Shown here one piece after another: positions 61,066 to 64,000 of a stretch of DNA of 64,000 nt. Positions within the stretch are counted from its first letter, which is position 1; each line of letters starts with the position of its first letter. Both the position numbers and the translations under genes were made by a program. The stretch is taken from the NCBI GenBank assembly GCA_027491435.1, contig JAOZFG010000017.1, positions 12,487-76,486 on the forward strand. The letters run 5' to 3'. This stretch comes from Thermoproteota archaeon. GTDB lineage: Archaea > Korarchaeota > Korarchaeia > Korarchaeales > Korarchaeaceae. The notes below the pieces were generated by a model. That model made no database searches, had not been told where the DNA came from, and saw nothing but the letters and a program-made list of their open reading frames with translations.

Positions 61066-62596
61066 TTATACCAGCCTCTCCGGCCACCTTGGTCAGGAGC
61101 TTCTCAATCGGGGGCCTTCTGCCGACCAGCTCCGTTAGGACCTCAGCTATTATCTGGTAGTACATCTTGAATATCTCATATCTCTTCCTCATCAGTTCCT
61201 TTCTCCTCTTTCTATTTAGGTATATCCTCAGCTCCCTAGCACATATCCTTAAGCCTAGCTCTATTTCCCTAGCTACTTCAGGCACGTTAGCTATGAACTC
61301 CTTGCCCACCGTCTTAAAGGGAACTTTAGTGGATACTATGTGGACGAAGAAGGCTACAGGCTCCTCCTCAGGGCTCTTTAAACCGTAATTGGTCCAATCA
61401 ATTTTCTTTATCACGTGATAAGACACGTCACTGGACACGTCGTAGAGCAGGGGTATCTTGTTTGCGTACCTGTAAAGCTGGATTTCTCCGGTTGGCTTAA
61501 GGGCCCCTCCATACGCTATGGCAACCTCCACTATGAAGGGATTGGCTTCGTAGACCGATGGGGGCCTCTGAACCGCCTTAACGAACTCAGGCAGGAGCTC
61601 CTTCTTTATCCCCTCCTCGAACAGCTTTTCCCCTAAAGGGGCCAAGACTGATGGGTCCGGTGGCAAGAACTTCTTGTAACTTCTTAGAGCCCTAAACAAG
61701 GCTAATATCTCCTCTTTGGTTAGTTCTGATGGTTTCTTGTCCTCGGGTATTCCGGCGAGCTTGAGAACCTCTCTAGCGGTTTTCTCCCCTACTCTCTGAA
61801 AGTGTTTGGTCAAGAAGGACTTCATGTTCCTAGTATTGGTGATCTCTACCATCCTCTGCAATAACTCAAGGTCTACACCCTTAGGATGGAATAAAGACTC
61901 CTTTGGCCTCTTAGGCAGCTCTTCTGTGCTTTTAGGGAAGAAGTAAACGTTTCCATCTGGTTCTATGAACAGTATGTCCGCATAAGGGACTACTATAGCC
62001 GTCTGGTGTAGGTACTCCACGATCTTCCTCCTGGCCCTCCCGTAGTTCCCCTCAAAGTGGGACTCAACTATGGTAAAGGAATTCCTCGATATGCCTCTGA
62101 GGATTCTCTTCTGAAGGATTTTGGGTTCATTCCTCTTTATGTCAATCATCATGGTTATCTCATAGGCCGGCTCACCCTCCCTGGCTGAGGTTATCCTAAA
62201 AGGTTTGTTGGTAGTTATCTGTCCGTAAAGTAAAGCCATGGTACCTCCTAAACCGAAGGTCCCTCTGCTCTGCATGAGCCTGTACTTGGAGCTCACGAAG
62301 ACCCTGCCGAAGGCCTTAGGTATGTCATCGGGCTTGAGCCCTATGCCATTGTCGGCGACCGTTATCTTGTACCAGGGAAGGCCCTCGGACAGCGGGCCCT
62401 CTCTAGACTCCTCCTCTACGGATATGAGTATCTTGGGAGGGACGCCCTTCATTTCAGCCGCGTCTAATGCGTTTTCCACTAGCTCTCTGACTATTGTGTA
62501 GGTGGCCCTTACTGGATTGTCGAAGCCTGCCAGCGACTTGTTCCTGTAGAAGAAATCGGACGCGCTAATTTCCTCCAGTTCAACTTTGTCCGCCAT
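61022..62596 (-). CDS. top6B: DNA topoisomerase VI subunit B (GHKL ATPase)
   Basis: Bergerat-fold motifs RELVENALDA, DNG.G and SRGTFGLGG, plus a transducer domain. Overlaps the top6A start by 44 nt. Confidence 0.9.
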   Translation of the reverse strand: MADKVELEEISASDFFYRNKSLAGFDNPVRATYTIVRELVENALDAAEMKGVPPKILISVEEESREGPLSEGLPWYKITVADNGIGLKPDDIPKAFGRVFVSSKYRLMQSRGTFGLGGTMALLYGQITTNKPFRITSAREGEPAYEITMMIDIKRNEPKILQKRILRGISRNSFTIVESHFEGNYGRARRKIVEYLHQTAIVVPYADILFIEPDGNVYFFPKSTEELPKRPKESLFHPKGVDLELLQRMVEITNTRNMKSFLTKHFQRVGEKTAREVLKLAGIPEDKKPSELTKEEILALFRALRSYKKFLPPDPSVLAPLGEKLFEEGIKKELLPEFVKAVQRPPSVYEANPFIVEVAIAYGGALKPTGEIQLYRYANKIPLLYDVSSDVSYHVIKKIDWTNYGLKSPEEEPVAFFVHIVSTKVPFKTVGKEFIANVPEVAREIELGLRICARELRIYLNRKRRKELMRKRYEIFKMYYQIIAEVLTELVGRRPPIEKLLTKVAGEAGINDEGGSEEESSGAG

Positions 62597-62604
62597 AAGA
62601 TCAC

Positions 62605-63198
62605 CTAGGACTCTTCAAGCTCTTTCTTCAGCTTTCTCCAATACATCTCCTCATAGCTCCTTCTACTCTCTATCTCGGAGATCTTCTTCTCCATCGCCCT
62701 GAAAGCGGTGGAATGCATTGATCCTTCTAACAGCGAGAATATGGCCTCCCTTGCCGGGAGGATGTCATATATCTTCCCTATTATGGACACCGTGTGTCCA
62801 TAAACTGATATGTGAGTGCCGGTCTTCTTCTCTATAAAAGTCCTAGACTTACCCTTCTCTCCAATTATTCTACCCCTCATCCTCCTGAGGGCGTTCTTAC
62901 TGCTGCCCACAAACCTCCTTATGTCGATGACCTCCAACACGTAGTCGTCCTCCAGTAACTTAATTGCTATCTCGGGGTTGAACCCCCTGCCTATAGCCCT
63001 CACCACAGACTCGAGCTTCTGGGGAAGCAGGGGGTCTTTGGGCATATCGTGGAACCTTATGGTGACCTCTCCCGTGCCACTATCAACTACTATCTCAGCT
63101 CCAGTGAGCTCCTCCAGCATGCGCTTTGTCGAGCCTCCTTTGCCTATTAGCACACCAATCCTCTCTCTTGGAATTCTAATTGATATTTCGTAAGGCAC
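62605..63198 (-). CDS. KH-domain RNA-binding protein (archaeal Dim2/Pno1-like)
   Basis: Two KH GxxG motifs (IGKGGSTKRMLE and IGEKGKSRTFIE). Conserved pairing with RIO kinase. Confidence 0.75.
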   Translation of the reverse strand: MPYEISIRIPRERIGVLIGKGGSTKRMLEELTGAEIVVDSGTGEVTIRFHDMPKDPLLPQKLESVVRAIGRGFNPEIAIKLLEDDYVLEVIDIRRFVGSSKNALRRMRGRIIGEKGKSRTFIEKKTGTHISVYGHTVSIIGKIYDILPAREAIFSLLEGSMHSTAFRAMEKKISEIESRRSYEEMYWRKLKKELEES

Positions 63199-63209
63199 AG
63201 GGAATCCCC

Positions 63210-63998
63210 CTACCCGGATATCTCTTCTGCTAACTTGTAGGGATCAGGTACAGTTAACTTGAACCTTCTATAAAAGAATTGAGTCACTCGTTCAAGGTCC
63301 CTGAGCAGCAAGGAGAAGGCCAGAGGATGAGTTATCACAACCGCTTGAGATACGTCTATTATCCAGTGACTGTCCTCCCAATACATTATGTTGTATTCAC
63401 TCAGATCCCCGTGTACCAACTCAGCTTCTCGATAGGCCTTCCTTATGTCTTCTATTATGGAGTTCATGATGCTCTCAGGATCGTCTAGGCTCTCTAAGTC
63501 TTTAAGCAGAGGGGCGGGGGTAGCGTCTTTGCCTATGAACTCCATAACCAGCACGTTTCCCGTAACATCTATGGGCTTGGGTACCTTTACCCCCGCCTCC
63601 CTAAGCCTCTTCAAGTTCCTAAACTCTTTTTTTGCCCACATTCTTATTATTTTATCTCTATCCTTTACAGGTATGAACCTATAGTCGCCAGCTAAGTAAT
63701 CTACATATTTCTTGAAGTTAGCTGTGTAGACCCTGTAAACTTTGACCGCTACCTCCCCTTCAGGCCCCATCCCTGCCAGAACTAGCGCTTCTTTTCCCGC
63801 GCTTATGACCCAGGTTAGATCGTATAGGACGCCCTTATTGAAGAGTTTAAGTAGGGATCTCACGGTTCTCTGGTCAAAGGCTAGCTGCCTCACCTTGTAG
63901 TACTCCTCATCCTTTATCCGCTTGAACTTTTTCTCCTCCTTCCTGAATATCTCCTCGAGCTTGGCTTCTAGCTCCTCTACATCTTCCAACAAGAACAC
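63210..63998 (-). CDS. rio1: RIO-type serine/threonine protein kinase (Rio1-like); GTG start at the window edge, so it may extend further
   Basis: Segments ISAGKEA.V, VAVKVYR, catalytic LVHGDLSEYNIMY, IDVSQAV. Confidence 0.85.
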   Translation of the reverse strand: MFLLEDVEELEAKLEEIFRKEEKKFKRIKDEEYYKVRQLAFDQRTVRSLLKLFNKGVLYDLTWVISAGKEALVLAGMGPEGEVAVKVYRVYTANFKKYVDYLAGDYRFIPVKDRDKIIRMWAKKEFRNLKRLREAGVKVPKPIDVTGNVLVMEFIGKDATPAPLLKDLESLDDPESIMNSIIEDIRKAYREAELVHGDLSEYNIMYWEDSHWIIDVSQAVVITHPLAFSLLLRDLERVTQFFYRRFKLTVPDPYKLAEEISG

Positions 63999-64000
63999 CC

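Noticed and set aside
1-64000. CRISPR arrays, rRNA, SRP (7S) RNA, RNase P RNA, inteins or a prophage.
   Set aside because: No periodic repeat/spacer structure is visible. No non-coding interval exceeds about 215 bp, which is too short for those RNAs. All large conserved proteins have normal lengths with uninterrupted motifs, so no intein-sized inserts exist.

Overview
This 64 kb window looks like a very gene-dense chromosomal segment (~49% GC) from a thermophilic archaeon. Nearly all of it is core information-processing genes. I ran no searches; product calls rest on motifs and gene order that I recognise in the translated ORFs.

Main gene blocks:
- rpoB (3' part)-rpoA-L30e-NusA-S12-S7-Sm
- glmS
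- S30e-Nop5-fibrillarin
- Trm1, THEP1 NTPase, and Gar1-SRP19-S8e
- thermosome, MTA phosphorylase, pgk
- EF-1alpha-S10
- reversed L3-L4-L23-L2-S19
- Ogg, archease, NFACT
- three tandem CBS proteins
- DGGGP synthase, EndA, Hjc, MetAP
- Sua5-Kae1-Cmk
- MoxR-VWA
- aRF1
- PIN-RpoE-Spt4-S24e-S27ae
- ftsZ-secE-spt5-L11-L1-P0
- TyrRS
- Topo VI A and B
- KH protein and RIO kinase

RNA genes and small ORFs: ten tRNA genes sit in six transcription units, each with an A/T-rich TATA-like box about 26 nt upstream. Three conserved genes under 60 aa are missing from the ORF track: S30e, S27ae and SecE.

Not seen: rRNA, CRISPR arrays, transposases or integrases, prophage, or any recognisable defence island. 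I cannot point to a clear-cut new multi-gene system.

Most noteworthy observations:
1. The RNA polymerase largest subunit is encoded as one unsplit A'+A'' ORF, and its bridge-helix and trigger-loop residues look unusually divergent.
2. The P0 stalk protein appears to lack the canonical acidic tail, and no P1 gene follows it.
3. A candidate C/D-box sRNA lies in the Mut7-C/TyrRS spacer.
4. Two tRNA genes have atypical invariant positions: tRNA-Gly has C33 and tRNA-Ala has an A1/C72 mismatch.
5. A tRNA-Ala-tRNA-Ile-PIN-rpoE unit leaves no room for a separate mRNA promoter.
6. A tightly packed uncharacterised three-gene membrane module follows the thermosome gene.
7. A translationally coupled pgk-hypothetical-transporter-phosphohexomutase operon is present.

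Lineage: ftsZ combined with TACK-type gene content and an unsplit rpoA suggests a Korarchaeota-like organism. This is inference only.
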